Under the pieces are notes generated by a model. The model was not told where the DNA came from and did no database searches. It saw only the letters and a list, made by a program, of their open reading frames with translations. The position numbers and the translations under genes were made by a program. A DNA stretch of 64,000 bases. Origin: Ruditapes philippinarum (Eukaryota). The stretch covers positions 310,001-374,000 of the forward strand of contig NW_026855476.1 of the NCBI RefSeq assembly GCF_026571515.1, read 5' to 3'. Of this stretch, positions 51,285-64,000 are shown piece by piece (the first letter of the stretch is position 1; each line of letters starts with the position of its first letter).

Positions 51285-54248
51285 TCATACCTTTTTGTAT
51301 ATTCTGTCACCAGTTACACTATTGTCATCAATTTTACTCATTACCTATGTAAAGTAAGAAGATTATATATGCAATGAGAAAAATTGAATATAAATATTTT
51401 TATCAATAAAGGAATTCAAAACCAATGGCAATTTTGCTGTTACTTTCATCTATTTTTTGACAAACAAATAAACATCTTATTAACCTTTTACCCCATGAGC
51501 ATATTGCGAAAAATGGCCGTTTTCATTGAAAAGCCTCCTGTAACAAGTTCAAACTGCTATGAAACTATGAAAAATGCTTCAATACTGATGAAACTTGGGA
51601 CAAATGTTGACTACACCATAACCTCTGTAACAGCATGCTCAATTGTTAATTTCCTGTTACCATGGCAACGGGGGGACGTCTCAAAATTACCCAAAAAAAA
51701 GTTAAACTAGAAATTAGAGGTGCTAAAATATGGTAAATTGCATGAATAAGCGATATGTGTGGAAACGGGAAACGGAATCGACAAGCAAAATAAACAGTGT
51801 AAAGAAATTTTATAACTAGCTGTTCATATATACTCTGAGTTTTTTAATGAGCCTTACCCCATGAAGCTCGCCATTTTCTATTTTCATCACAGTTTGATAG
51901 TAAGCACCGCCCATGTTAGACCAGTTCTTGAAGTCAAGACAGCCGTCCTTAAACGTAACAAGTTCCTTGAAATATAAAACGAACCGTTAATAAACCAAAC
52001 AATATTCAAAAATCTCAAGTAAGTAAAAGAAAGGTCGGACACAGAAACGAAATTAGACTCTGTCTCTTTTCGTGAAATTCGCTCCGCCAGCACAACAATG
52101 CATCTCCACGACAGAATTATGGCAGAATTATGGCGATAAAACAAATATTTTAGGTTTTTTGGGGTCTCCAAACTTTCCTTTTTCACAACGAAACGAAAGA
52201 CCGATAGCACCAAAACCCGAATTTTGTTCATCTATCTCTACGTCACACAAAGACAATCAAGTAAATTTTTTGCGTGCCTTAACGAATAGGGAGAAATGGT
52301 CGGAAACATAATTTCTGTAATAGGAAGGCAAATTTTACACACCTAGTAACATCATTGTGTATAGAAAAGTAAATAAAAGATAGCCATGTTGATAGTTTAG
52401 TATTATAAATTCAAACTTACTTTGCATATCAGTTTTTAGAACAAGATACCTTAAACAGAAGAAGTGAGTGAAACTTGTTGGCGTTATTTCATTTTGTTAC
52501 CCACGTATGATGCACGTTTTGACAGTTTAAGTCTTAAGGACCAATCGCAATTACAGCGAAATCTACTGTGTGCAGATTAAAAATTCGACAGGCGGTCTCT
52601 TTCATGGGAAAAATACAACTTGTATAATGAAATGTGACCTTAGCTTTGTGACGAATATTTTATGTGTTTAATATTTATTCGCTTGTTGTCTTCAACTCAA
52701 GGTTGACTGTAACTAATATTCAACTGGTACCTTGGCATCAAATGTTGGTGGATCATTTTTCATATCTTTGGACACAAACTCCTCGCCAAGTTTGAATCGT
52801 ACACTATGAACCATTCCTGGCATAATTTCGTAATCAATTATCAAGTGGTCCCCATCTCGTTTTATTTCCAAACATGGTTTCGCGTTCGTTAGGAACTCAA
52901 CTTCCATTTCCGGGAACCCTAAAAGTATATTTAATATTTCAAATATGTAAAGCTCTCGCTGGTAAAGTATTAAAAAAATAGTGCAGTCCTGTTGATTTCA
53001 TATTAGTATACATGTATTCAAATCTAACAAAACAAAGTCAATATGCAATTGTTAGCCAGGTCAAATTGCAGATATTGATACAGAAGAGATTAATTATGTT
53101 GTTTATTCATTGATTTTGTTCTTTCTCATAAAAGCATGGCGGAGAACGCGTCAAATTACCGCGAAGAATAACTTACATAAAGAACGCTCAACAATTTTAA
53201 TAGGAGTGCCTTCATCTCCCTCACACAAGGAAACATATTATGTTTATTAATCAATCGTTCCCTAATAAAATATTTATAATGTAAAGCAGGGGTCATCAGC
53301 TTTATCATATATTTAATTTACAGGCGTAAGTTGTTTGGCATGGACTTTATTAAGCTTTATATTTCAACAAGGGATTTACCAACTGTTTTTATGCTATGTT
53401 ATCTCAGTTCTATACTTTTACAAATTTAAATCTACTCGTATTTTGAATCGTACTTGGAAAATTGCCTTACCAGTAAGGGTTCGAAATGTAGCACATGCGT
53501 GCAAACTCTTTTGAAATATGTTTAACATACATGTACATTAATGAAAATATGTCTATGTAAATGTTTTTTTTTTTTCAAGTTTGAAATAAATCGGATATGT
53601 ACAACTGTGAAATTTACGCTATCGATCAAATTTGAACTGCCGGTCAGCATTGTATACTTTGCGGTCAGAATAGCCTGCAATTGATTCTATTTATACACCT
53701 AGTCAATCAATATACATGTTGCCATGCCCGGGAAGGCTAAAATATACAAACTATGAACGTGATTATTATTTTTATTATTGATGATTGATAATTTTACAAG
53801 CGTAAAAAGTAACTTAAAAACAACATTAATTATATTGAAATTAATGTATTAGATGCTCATTTATGGTGTTGATTTTAAAATATGTCATACAGACATGACT
53901 GTCTTTGCTAATCGTCTTTTTTCACGAAAAAGATTTGCATAGAATGTGATTCACTCAAAATTTTGGTATAAAATTTTGAATTTTTACATTAATGATCTAA
54001 AATCATTTTATGAAAATTACTAAGTAATATAACAGTTCAATGCCGATTGTCACCAGTATAATTTACAAATGGTTTAATTTAATCTTCTTAAAATAATAGA
54101 TTATCAGATTATCGCAGTTTAAAGTATATATTTACATAAGCAAACGTTACTCACCTATATACTTCAAGGACTCTTTAAAATTGTCATCCCTGTCATATTT
54201 CCATTTACCACAAAATAATTTCTCAACTTTGTCTAAATCACTCCCCAT
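51285..54248 (-). CDS. FABP/iLBP family, paralog C (149 aa)
   Basis: Exons 54248-54155, 52918-52731, 51965-51858, 51344-51285. FCGKWKYDRDDNF, AKP, FKLGEEF, ENGEL, DRIYKKV. GT-AG introns in phase. Confidence 0.88.
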
Positions 54249-54705
54249 TTTAGAGGGTTTTTACGATTCAAGATAAGATTACTTGTCAGTAGGACGGATA
54301 TTACTTGCTGTTAAATTACTTACTTGCTATACTTATCTGCGACTATTTGTACTATAAGGGGAAACAACTTCTTTAGATACCGGCAATTTGTTTAAAAGGA
54401 ATAAACGCAACGAAGTTGTCACTTTCAGACAGTATTTTCTAGTCAAATAATCGATTTTTTGAAGAATTGATTAAATCAAAATATCAAGGATATCTATATA
54501 TCACACTTACATATCTAATATTACTTATTGTAAGGTGACAGTTTATTTTTAAGACTCATTTTATATGATAATTTTGAAAAAGTGAGTTTGAAATGCCATC
54601 ATTAATTTTGTATTTGTCTCTTTTGTTATATTTTAATTCCAACAAGTATTCGTGAATCATGTAATACAGTTTCAAAGAAATAATAATAGTAGAAGTTATT
54701 ATTGT

Positions 54706-55452
54706 TAAAGGAGTTTGACAGAATCCCGCCATATTATGTATTCTTATTCACAAAATTTAATTAGTCAGGCGCGGGACAACAGCGCGACCAATTTAATTTT
54801 GCAAAAACGTACTAATAAATTAGTGTTTTAAATTATTTTTATAAACAGTCGACTTACTAGACTGATTAACTGTTTCTCGATTTACAAAAGTAAATGTGTT
54901 ACGATTCATTTGAAATACTGCAATTCTATTGGACAAAAAATAATTTCAAACACTAAATGTAGATAATGCAGGACACGAATTGTATTCAGACAATAATGTG
55001 TAATTTTCCTTTGCTTTAAACAAGCTGTTGCCATTATTTTAGTTTTATAAATGATATAATGTATCCATAACTGACAGGATAATAAAAACAGACTTTAACT
55101 TATTCTGCCTAAAGAATAACAAACCGTGTCAGTCTAATGGAAACAGTTCGATTACATAACAAATAGATATATTTCTTCTCGCAATTTAGAATTATATGAA
55201 TATTGTAGTTTGGTTTATATACCCAGATGAGGGTAATGATATAAAATTGAAACTATAAAGACAATAATGGAATTTTACTATAAGAAATGAAAGCACCAAG
55301 TTAAATATGTATACAATGCCATGCTGTAAGTTTTGAGCATTCTAGATTTAAAGATTTAGATCTTAAAATTTAAAACAGACGGTTTTCTAAATTACTTTGA
55401 AAAAGAAGGCTCTCAAAACACGGCATTATTGAAAATGTGCCAGACTCCGTTT
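54706..55452. mobile_element. Probable TTAA-type MITE (degenerate)
   Basis: ttaaaggagtttgaca at the left versus tgccagactccgtt at the right (imperfect TIR). Confidence 0.4.
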
Positions 55453-55482
55453 GTCTGAGCCTGTTCATCCGCGGTAGTGGAA

Positions 55483-56710
55483 AGTGCAAGCAACCGTCCA
55501 TGCCTCCTAGTGCAAGCAACCGTCCACGCCTTCTAGTGCAAGCAACCGTCCACGCCTTCTAGTGCAAGCAACCGTACACGCCTTCTAGTACAAGCAACCG
55601 TCCACGCCTTCTAGTGCAAGCAACCGTCACCGCCTTCTAGTACAAGCAACCGTCCACGCCTTCTAGTGCAAGCAACCGTCCACGCCTTCTAGTGCAAGCA
55701 ACCGTCCACGCCTTCTAGTACAAGCAACCGTCCACGCCTTCTAGTGCAAGCAACCGTCCACGCCTTCTAGTGCAAGCAACCGTCCACGCCTTCTAGTGCA
55801 AGCAACCGTCACCCCTTCTAGTGCAAGCAACCGTCTATGCCTTCTAGTGCAAGCAACCGTCCACGCCTTCTAGTGCAAGCAACCGTCCACGCCTTCTAGT
55901 GCAAGCAACCGTCACCGCCTTCTAGTGCAAGCAACCGTCACCGCCTTCTAGTGCAAACAACCGTCCACGCCTTCTAGTGCAAGCAACCGTCCACGCCTTC
56001 TAGTGCAAGCAACCGTCCACGCCTTCTAGTGCAAGCAACCGTCCACGCCTTCTAGTACAAGCAACCGTCCACGCCTTCTAGTGCAAGCAACCGTCCACGC
56101 CTCCTAGTGCAAGCAACCGTCACCGCTTCCTAGTGCAAGCAACCGTCACCGCCTTCTAGTGCAAGCAACCGTCCACGCCTTCTAGTGCAAGCAACCGTCC
56201 ACGCCTTCTAGTGCAAGCAACCGTCCATGCCTTCTAGTGCAAGCAACCGTCCACGCCTTCTTGTCAAAGCAACCGTCCACTCTTGCTAGTACAAGCAACT
56301 GTCCATGCCTTCTAGTGCATGCAAGCAACCGTCCACGCCTCCTAGTGCAAGCAACCGTCCACGCCTCCTAGTGCAAGCAACCGTCCACGCCTCCTAGTGC
56401 AAGCAACCGTCCACGCCTCCTAGTGCAAGCAACCGTCCATGCCTTCTAGTGCAAGCAACCGTCCACGCCTTCTAGTGCAAGCAACCGTCCACGCCTCCTA
56501 GTACAAGCAACCGTCGAAGCCTTCTAGTGCAAGCAACCGTCCACGCCTTCTGGTGAAAGCAACCGTCCACGCTTCCTAGTGCAAGCAACCGTCCACGCCT
56601 CTTAGTGCAATCAACCGTCCACGCCTTCTAGTACAAACAACCGTCCACGCTTCCAAATACAAGCAACCGTCAACGCCTGCAAGTACAAGCAATCGTCCAC
56701 GCCTCCTAGC
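55483..56710. repeat. 26-bp GC-rich minisatellite, about 47 copies
   Basis: Head-to-tail AGTGCAAGCAACCGTCCACGCCTTCT with recurrent variants and no unique spacers. Confidence 0.97.
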
Positions 56711-58599
56711 AACGGCTAGGGACTGTTGTAGAAATTTGAAATTTTAGATTATAAGATTTAACGAATTTACATTGTTGAGATAAAACAATAACCTTGAATC
56801 TTCTGTCAAATAATAAAGCTGTAATCTGACATGAATAAGCATGATTAACCACATATTGCTTACTAGGTGGTCGACATTTTTCAACTTAATCAATATTTAT
56901 TCAAGAGCCTTTAGACATTCAGAATATTTTCATATATCAATCTCATTAATCTGCAAAATTTTGGACAGTTCTATACTTTTTATTTACAGTTCATATTTCT
57001 TATGAAAAAATATAATTTTTAATATCAAAACTCTTGCTTATTAATTGGCATGTGACATAATAATTATAGAAAATCCTAGCAAAGAATGCCAACGATGCGA
57101 ACGTAGGTTTTTACATATCAAGCTTCGGGGCTATATCTTTTATATGTTAATAACCGTAATTTCCTGACTTGGTATATGCCGTGATATAATCATCAGACAG
57201 CTTTGATCTGCACAACCATTGAAATAGTTACTTATTAATCAACATAATAGAATAGAACATATCTTTATTAAGTGAAGTTACATAAGCAACACGAGAACAC
57301 ACCAAAAGTGTTTGTAGACAAAATAGAATCCAAATATCTAAAGTATCCACTTCAAATAAAGTTTTAGAGATTGTTTGTTATTCAAACTTTTTTTTCTAAA
57401 AAATTAAACAATGCACAGTTTATCGTTCAAATGTCTGGTAACTAATTTATCACTCAGGAATATTGGCCTTCGTGATTATACTCCTTATTATGATCATTTG
57501 GACTTGAACCGTGTTTATTCTGCAACAATGTACTCAAAATTAATATAAATTTTCTAGTTATGTCATCAGTAAATAGAAGTAAAATATTATAAATTTCTAT
57601 ACAGAGCATTTGCATTAAGATCTAGTGTTTTAGAAACAATGCAAGATCTGTTGATATGATTTGATATCATTCTGCATATTATGTTTGTTTGGTTTTACGG
57701 CGCACCAACATAATTTAGGTCATATGGCGCCGAAATGGAATGATGGTTTTGACTCACCCACGGGTGTTACAAATTTAAAGCAACATCAGAGGTCAAAACC
57801 ACCTTACTTGCTGGAGCAACAATTAACAGATGCATAGCCTCCTCCAATAATCCGAACACATTTAGTCACCTCTTACGCAAGGTGCAATTCTGATGCTTCA
57901 ATCTGTAAAAGCAACCACTCAGTGACTAGGGACATACATTTGTATATACATGTATTGTACATGTGCTTTGAATGTATGTCATATTTCAAGTGATTCAAGT
58001 AAAATAAAATAAACACTGAAGTTCTCAGTTGAAAAAGTAAACATAAACAAAATAAGATTTCTGTATACATAATGTAGCTCTAATTTCTTATTGATAAGTA
58101 AAAAATCTGGAATCCAATCTGTTTGTAATTCGCCGAACTTATTCAATACACCTTTTTCACATTCATTTTCATATTATGCTATAGACACGTTTTGGAGTTA
58201 TTTTATTCTATTATCAAGTACATTATTGTATAAAAGATGATTTTGTAATATTCGTATAATAGCAGTGTTGTTGTGTTTCTAGTTTGAACAAACAAAAAGA
58301 TTTGTCGGTGAAGGAACTTAAGATTTGCTGTATCTGCTATTTTTACATGGGTGAGTCATAAAAAATGTAAATATATGACATATCGATTATGTCTTTCAGT
58401 ACAAATTCATCCGTTGTTAAAGTTTATATCTAACATGACAGTAAAACTTTAATTTCTATGAAGAGGTATTCTGCACCATTGCAACTAAGTTCAGATAAAG
58501 AATGATTGCAGCCTGCATTGTCAATATATTATATAGTATGTACATGTATGTGACAACCAATAGATATCTTATAAGATTAATTCAGCCCAAAACAATAAA

Positions 58600-59270
58600 T
58601 CAATCAAGACCGCAAACCTCAGCCCGAAAATAAATTAAAAAACTATATCGCTTAACGCAGCCCCAAAATATACCATCCGAAATAACTGCTTACCGCAGTC
58701 CCAACAAATACAATCCCCGCAAGACCGCTTACCGTAATCCAAACAAAAACAATCCCCAAAGACCGCTTACCGCATCCCCGACAGATATCATTCTCTACCA
58801 CTGCTTACTGCAGCCCAAAGATATATAATCCCCAAAGACTGCTTACTGTATCTCCAACAGATAACATTATCTACCACTGCATACTGCAGCCCAAAGATAT
58901 ATAATCCCCAAAGACTGCTTACTGTATCTCCAACAGATAACATTATCTACCACTGCTTACTGTATCTCCAACAGATAACATTATCTACCACTGCATACTG
59001 CAGCCCAAAGATATATAATCCCCAAAGACTGCTTACTGTATCTCCAACAGATAACATTCTCTACCACTGCTTACTGCAGCCCAAAGATATATAATCCCCA
59101 AAGACTGCTTACTGTATCTCCAACAGATATAATATCCTAGACCGCTTCATGCAGTCCAAACAAATATAATTCCCCAAGACCACAAACATCAGTCCAAAAA
59201 TATATTTACAAAAACTAGACAGCTTACCGCAGTCCCAAAATAAATAATTTCCCAAGACCGTATACATCAG
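58600..59270. repeat. 38-bp minisatellite with alternating dimeric (76-bp) core and diverged flanks
   Basis: ctgcttactgcagcccaaagatatataatccccaaaga alternates with ctgcttactgtatctccaacagataacattatctacca. Confidence 0.9.
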
Positions 59271-59796
59271 CTTCTAATCACCTCGCTAACATGTAGAAAA
59301 GATGTACCTACTGTTAAATCCATTTTATATGATTCATTCGATGCTAAAATATGTAGGTTACAAATAATATGTAGAAACTCATATATATGCCATTTGTTGA
59401 AAGATATATATCTTTTTTCTTAAATTTGATTCAGTTAAAAAGTAATGTGATACACATATCTATTTCAAGTGATATGAAAGAAACACAAACAAACGCATTT
59501 GTAAAATATTCTTTATTAATTCAAGGTTTTTCAAAAACTATTTGAAAAGCCCTGATTAATCATAATGTCATATACGTCTTAATCTCTAAAGATGTTTACA
59601 TGTAATTTACCTAGTCACTTCATTAATGTTCTCGACTATCATACATATATTATATGATAGCAGCTGCTGTTGGATAAATCTTTTGCTAGCTTTAGCTATC
59701 ATGATATGTATGTTTTAAAGAACTATAATTTAATCTCTAAAATGTAAACAACATGGAAGAAGTTATATTTCGCCACTTTTGTAGGAATTTGTCATT

Positions 59797-62291
59797 TTAT
59801 TTCTTCTTTATATAAAACCTTCGACCTACAACGCCTTTCTTTTTATTTCCTTCAAGCCCGGTTGTTTCCTGTATAAGAAAAAATGTCTTATTAGAATAGC
59901 ACTATAAATGTTAACAGTATTAACAATATTATGCCATTCAAAATGTGTTTAACTGAAGTGTCCAAACTCTCTTACTAAATAACACCACCGGATACCCACG
60001 GCTGAACCATTATCATTACATGCTAATCAACCGTTGGTATCCGACGAAAACTTAATAAAAGACTTCAGCAAAGGTTATAGTAATCGAATTACTTCCACTG
60101 TATTTTTAAAGCATTTCCCTCATTTAAGAAAAGTTTGTATATTCAAAACATTTTTTACATATCAAATATATCATTTACAAACGATACGGCTGGTATTTTG
60201 CACGGAGTTTAGATTACGAGGTTTCAACTTGAAAACGAGCGTCATGATCAGATAATATAAGACACACAATGCTTGCTGTATTTCAATTTTATCAATTAAA
60301 TCAATACATGCAGCTCTTTTTTTCAAACATACATTTATAAAAGCCCGTTCAGACATGATTGATAAGGTCATGGTTATATGCGTCTTTCGGTAGAGGTGAT
60401 AATATAGGACATCCAATCAAGTTTAACAATTAATATATTTACATCTATATATTGCTCATCCTTGCTTGTCACCGCTTGATATTAGAAAATACATTAATGT
60501 TGATCATAAATGTATGTTAACATGGAAATATTGAAAACATGCTGCACACAATTGACTTCATTGCAACTTCATGTAAAAGAAACTTACCGAGGTAAGCTTG
60601 TCCCCAGATACGGTAAATACCGTAAAATTATCTTCTGCATTAGGCAACTGAGTCCGGTTCGTGAACTCTGCCCGTCCGTTGTTGAATGTTACTAATGCCT
60701 GCCAAATGAAAAAGAAATTTTGGGATGCTTTAATGTCTTTGAAAGAGTTCAAAGATTTTTAAAGGGTCTTACAGGTTGTAATGAGATGTTTACATTTTCT
60801 AAAGAACATTGCGACAGAGTTCCGTTACGTCATAATGGTGGCTGTCATAAACGGAGTGAGAGACTCAGTAAGGAAATTAAGCGGCTTTGTGACCAGGTGT
60901 AAACTAAATTCTTTGAAGTTGGTGAACATACAATAAACATGAAAAAAAACATGAAATGCAATCATATTTATACTTCATTACCATATGTAAATAATTTATC
61001 ATAATCATCAATATGACTATTAGAAAAAGGAACATTTACCTATATTGTGGTATAACAAATATAAAGCTGTCATGATATGTCATGATATAATCAACAATTA
61101 AACAGGACTTTCGTTCGTTTTTTTATTTTATTTTGTTTTGTCTTTTACTTTATTATGATACGATGGCGGGTCGTTGGGATCTTTAGCATCAAATTCTTTA
61201 TCTAGCTGATAAGTGATATCAAGATAAGCTCCCGGTGCTACTTCTGTTCTGTGGAAGATTGAGTCCCCTCTTTGTTCGATTGTCATCGTCGGTTTGCTGT
61301 TTGCGAGAAATGCTATCATATTTTCTGGTGTTTCTGTAAAAAAAAAATAAAAAAAAAAAAAAAAAAAATCATTTGCCCTGACATAAGAAAAAATCTTGAA
61401 TTATTCGATAATGATAACTTTTCGCTGATATCTTTATTTATCTCGCAGTACATATAAAATGATGCTTGCTGTGTTTGCTTAAAATTCGTTATAAATATTT
61501 TTGACTGATTATAATTATGACCCTATATAAACAGTTGTTTGCAATATAACCCTCGCCTATCGGGTCTGGTTATATTTACAAACAACTGTTTATATAGGGT
61601 CATATAACATGTCAAAAATCTTTATAACTAATCATATATTAGATAATTATATACTGAGGTAGAATGTGTATTCATCCATCATTTTCTCAGTTTTGGTTTA
61701 CTTAATATTTGATAAACATGTATCATGTAAAATCGTGCACATACAATAAAGCAATTAGCATTTCTTGCCAGCGCACAGCACAGTTGTTATTTCTTTGGTT
61801 TTGTATAAAGATAGTCGGGACTACCAAAACACCACGTTTAATCAAACATAGTATTTTATCATGTTTCAAACAATGAAAAGTGTCCCCATAAAGCTGTTTT
61901 TACATGGAAATGCTATGTGATTTTTTAATATATACATGTATGTGATATGTAAAAAATGAGACAATTAACTATATAAACATATATAGCATACAGGCAAACA
62001 CACACGTATGTACCCACAGTGCTATATGGCATATCCCGCTGGCGGTTACAGCATCTACTCTTGTAACAAGATTAGTACAGAACGGCAGTCATTATACATG
62101 TATATTTTGAAATTTTCACTAAAATAATTAAATGGTCTTGTCAAGATTTATAGCCCAATTTAGTCATTTTTTCCAAAGCAGCTTTTATAACAATTTCAAA
62201 AAGACTTACTTAATCCTCTTAAAGATTCTTCAATATTTTCACCATTTTCGTATATCCACGTGCCACCGAAAATCTTAATAAATTCCTCCAT
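59797..62291 (-). CDS. FABP/iLBP family, paralog D (149 aa)
   Basis: Exons 62291-62210, 61333-61149, 60698-60588, 59868-59797. FGGTWIYENGENI, SKPT, YQLDKEFD, GDKL, GRRFYIKKK. GT-AG introns in phase. Confidence 0.85.
61498..61620. mobile_element. Small palindromic MITE in intron 1 of FABP D
   Basis: atgaccctatataaacagttgtttg...caaacaactgtttatatagggtcat around a cctcgcctatcgg loop. Confidence 0.75.
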
Positions 62292-63383
62292 GTTTCAAGA
62301 CAAATCTCATTACCGGTTAGTTTAAACGATCTGGTATGTCAATGTTATAGACAGTGTTATAGAAAATCATGGTGTATATCGATCGCATCACGAGCAATAT
62401 ACGGTAACAAAACATGAATACCCAGATAACATGAACATGCAAGTTGAAAAATAAAGATCTCGATTACAGCGAACTTTACTCGGACGAATACTGAGACAAA
62501 TTGCAGATATTTTAAACTACAGACCGCCAAAAAGTGAATTAAGAAAAAGAATTTAACATGATAGCATTTATGGGCTTCATGGGGTAATTTATTTTAGTTT
62601 CTTTACTCTATCATTGTGTCATATAAAGTATACCCGAGATGGTAAATCAGAGTATGAAGTAAACTATTTATCTATTTCTAGTAAAACTGACACTAACTGG
62701 TATTTACAGAAGAGTTCATTTATGTATTAATACTTTACACGATACATTTTAAAAAATTCACCAGTTCACAAATCTAAATTTGACAAAATATAAGATATGA
62801 TAGATAATTCCCCCCCCCCCGGGCTACTGGCATTGTGTTTCTCTTAATTTATTTATACCCGATTACAATCATGGTTAAACTATTGAATAATACAAACACT
62901 GTTTGATGCGTTTTCTTACACATTAGTTTGTCTATAGATATTTTTTTTCAAGATTCAAAATATTTATTTTTAGATGTAGACATGGCGTTTCTTGCTACAC
63001 AACACATAATATACAATGATACAATATAACTTGTCAACATGGCCCAATTTTGTAGACAGTTATATTTGCATGAAATATGATACATATAGTCATAACAAAT
63101 CTAAATCACTGCCAAAATCAGTAATATATTTAATGAATTATTGAATCATAATACGGATAATTTGTATATTTATTTAATTTAAAAATGTACATACAGTAAT
63201 GAGCTTATTCAGATATCATATTAACAATACACTGACGTATTTCAAATGCTTCATATATATATTTACATAATATTTGTCTCTCTTGACATATCAATTTAAG
63301 GTCTGTCTGGAACATTTAACCTTCCTTGTTGTCATGGATACACTTCACAATTATAATATTATTATCCTATAATAAAGATATGG

Positions 63384-63443
63384 TTATGCTCTTCTGTAAA
63401 TTCTCCTGCCGATGATACTATGGTCACTAAGAGGAGAATTATC
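63384..63443 (-). CDS. Last exon of a fifth FABP-like paralog (E); the rest lies beyond the window
   Basis: Acceptor TTTTCAG followed by DNSPLSDHSIIGRRIYRRA*, 60 nt, aligning with exon 4 of B (PMSPLDDTSFNGNRIYKRA*). Confidence 0.8.
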   Translation of the reverse strand, partial: DNSPLSDHSIIGRRIYRRA

Positions 63444-63469
63444 CTGAAAAATAAAATATGTCATAATGA

Positions 63470-64000
63470 ATCACTATCTTATAAGAATAATCAATACAAT
63501 AAATTAATATTTAACAAGAATAACCATTACAATAAATCAATATCTAACAAGAATAATCGTTAAAATAAATCTGTATCTAACAATAATAATCAAAACAAAA
63601 ACTCGATTAATATATCTACAAGTATAATCGTTAAAATAAATAAATTTCTTACAAGAATAGTCGTTACAATAAATCAGTATCTTACAAGAATAATCTCTAC
63701 AATAAATCAGTATTTATTGTACTGATTATTCTTGTAAGATACTGATTTATTGTACTGATTATTCTTGTAAGATACTGATTTATTGTAAAGATTATTCTTG
63801 TAAGATACTGATTTATTGTAAAGATTATTCTTGTAAGATACTGATTTATTGTAAAGATTATTCTTGTAAGATAGCTATTCATTGTACTGATTATTTTTAT
63901 AAGATACTTAAGAATAATCTTAATAATTAATCAGTATCTTACAAGAATAATCAGTAGCTTACAAGAATAATCTTTACAAGAAATCATTTTCTTACAAGAA
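63470..64000. repeat. 33-bp minisatellite with internal inversion
   Basis: Unit aataaatcagtatcttacaagaataatctttac; copies at ~63712-63905 are in the opposite orientation to their neighbours. Confidence 0.85.

Noticed and set aside
55483-56710. CRISPR-like array
   Set aside because: Units are contiguous with no unique spacers, there are no cas genes, and the context is eukaryotic.
63697-63882. ORF with an 11-aa repeat (TINQYLTRIIF)
   Set aside because: It is the translation of a 33-bp intronic minisatellite.

Overview
AT-rich, intron-containing animal genomic DNA. The repeat repertoire (Helentron/HINE-like elements, tRNA-derived SINEs, palindromic MITEs) suggests a bivalve mollusc; this is inference. 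Contents from left to right: (1) an apparently single-exon Toll-like receptor on the minus strand (754-2979) whose 5' part is broken by two compensating frameshifts or by a 111-nt intron; (2) an 8-coding-exon plus-strand gene (11419-22343, 343 aa) encoding an hnRNP C/RALY-type RRM protein that carries two BCL11-like zinc fingers (CCHC and C2H2) where vertebrate hnRNP C has its coiled coil, which is the most unusual host gene here; (3) a cluster of at least five divergent fatty-acid-binding-protein (FABP/iLBP) genes, four complete 4-exon genes plus the last exon of a fifth; (4) a decayed but fully delimited Ngaro-type tyrosine-recombinase retrotransposon (43889-50044) with identical split direct repeats, an SGNH hydrolase and a nested fold-back insert; (5) many MITEs (including ones with 5- and 6-bp target duplications), HINEs, SINE fragments and minisatellites. 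All gene models were spliced by hand from GT-AG sites and reading phase, and no database searches were run.
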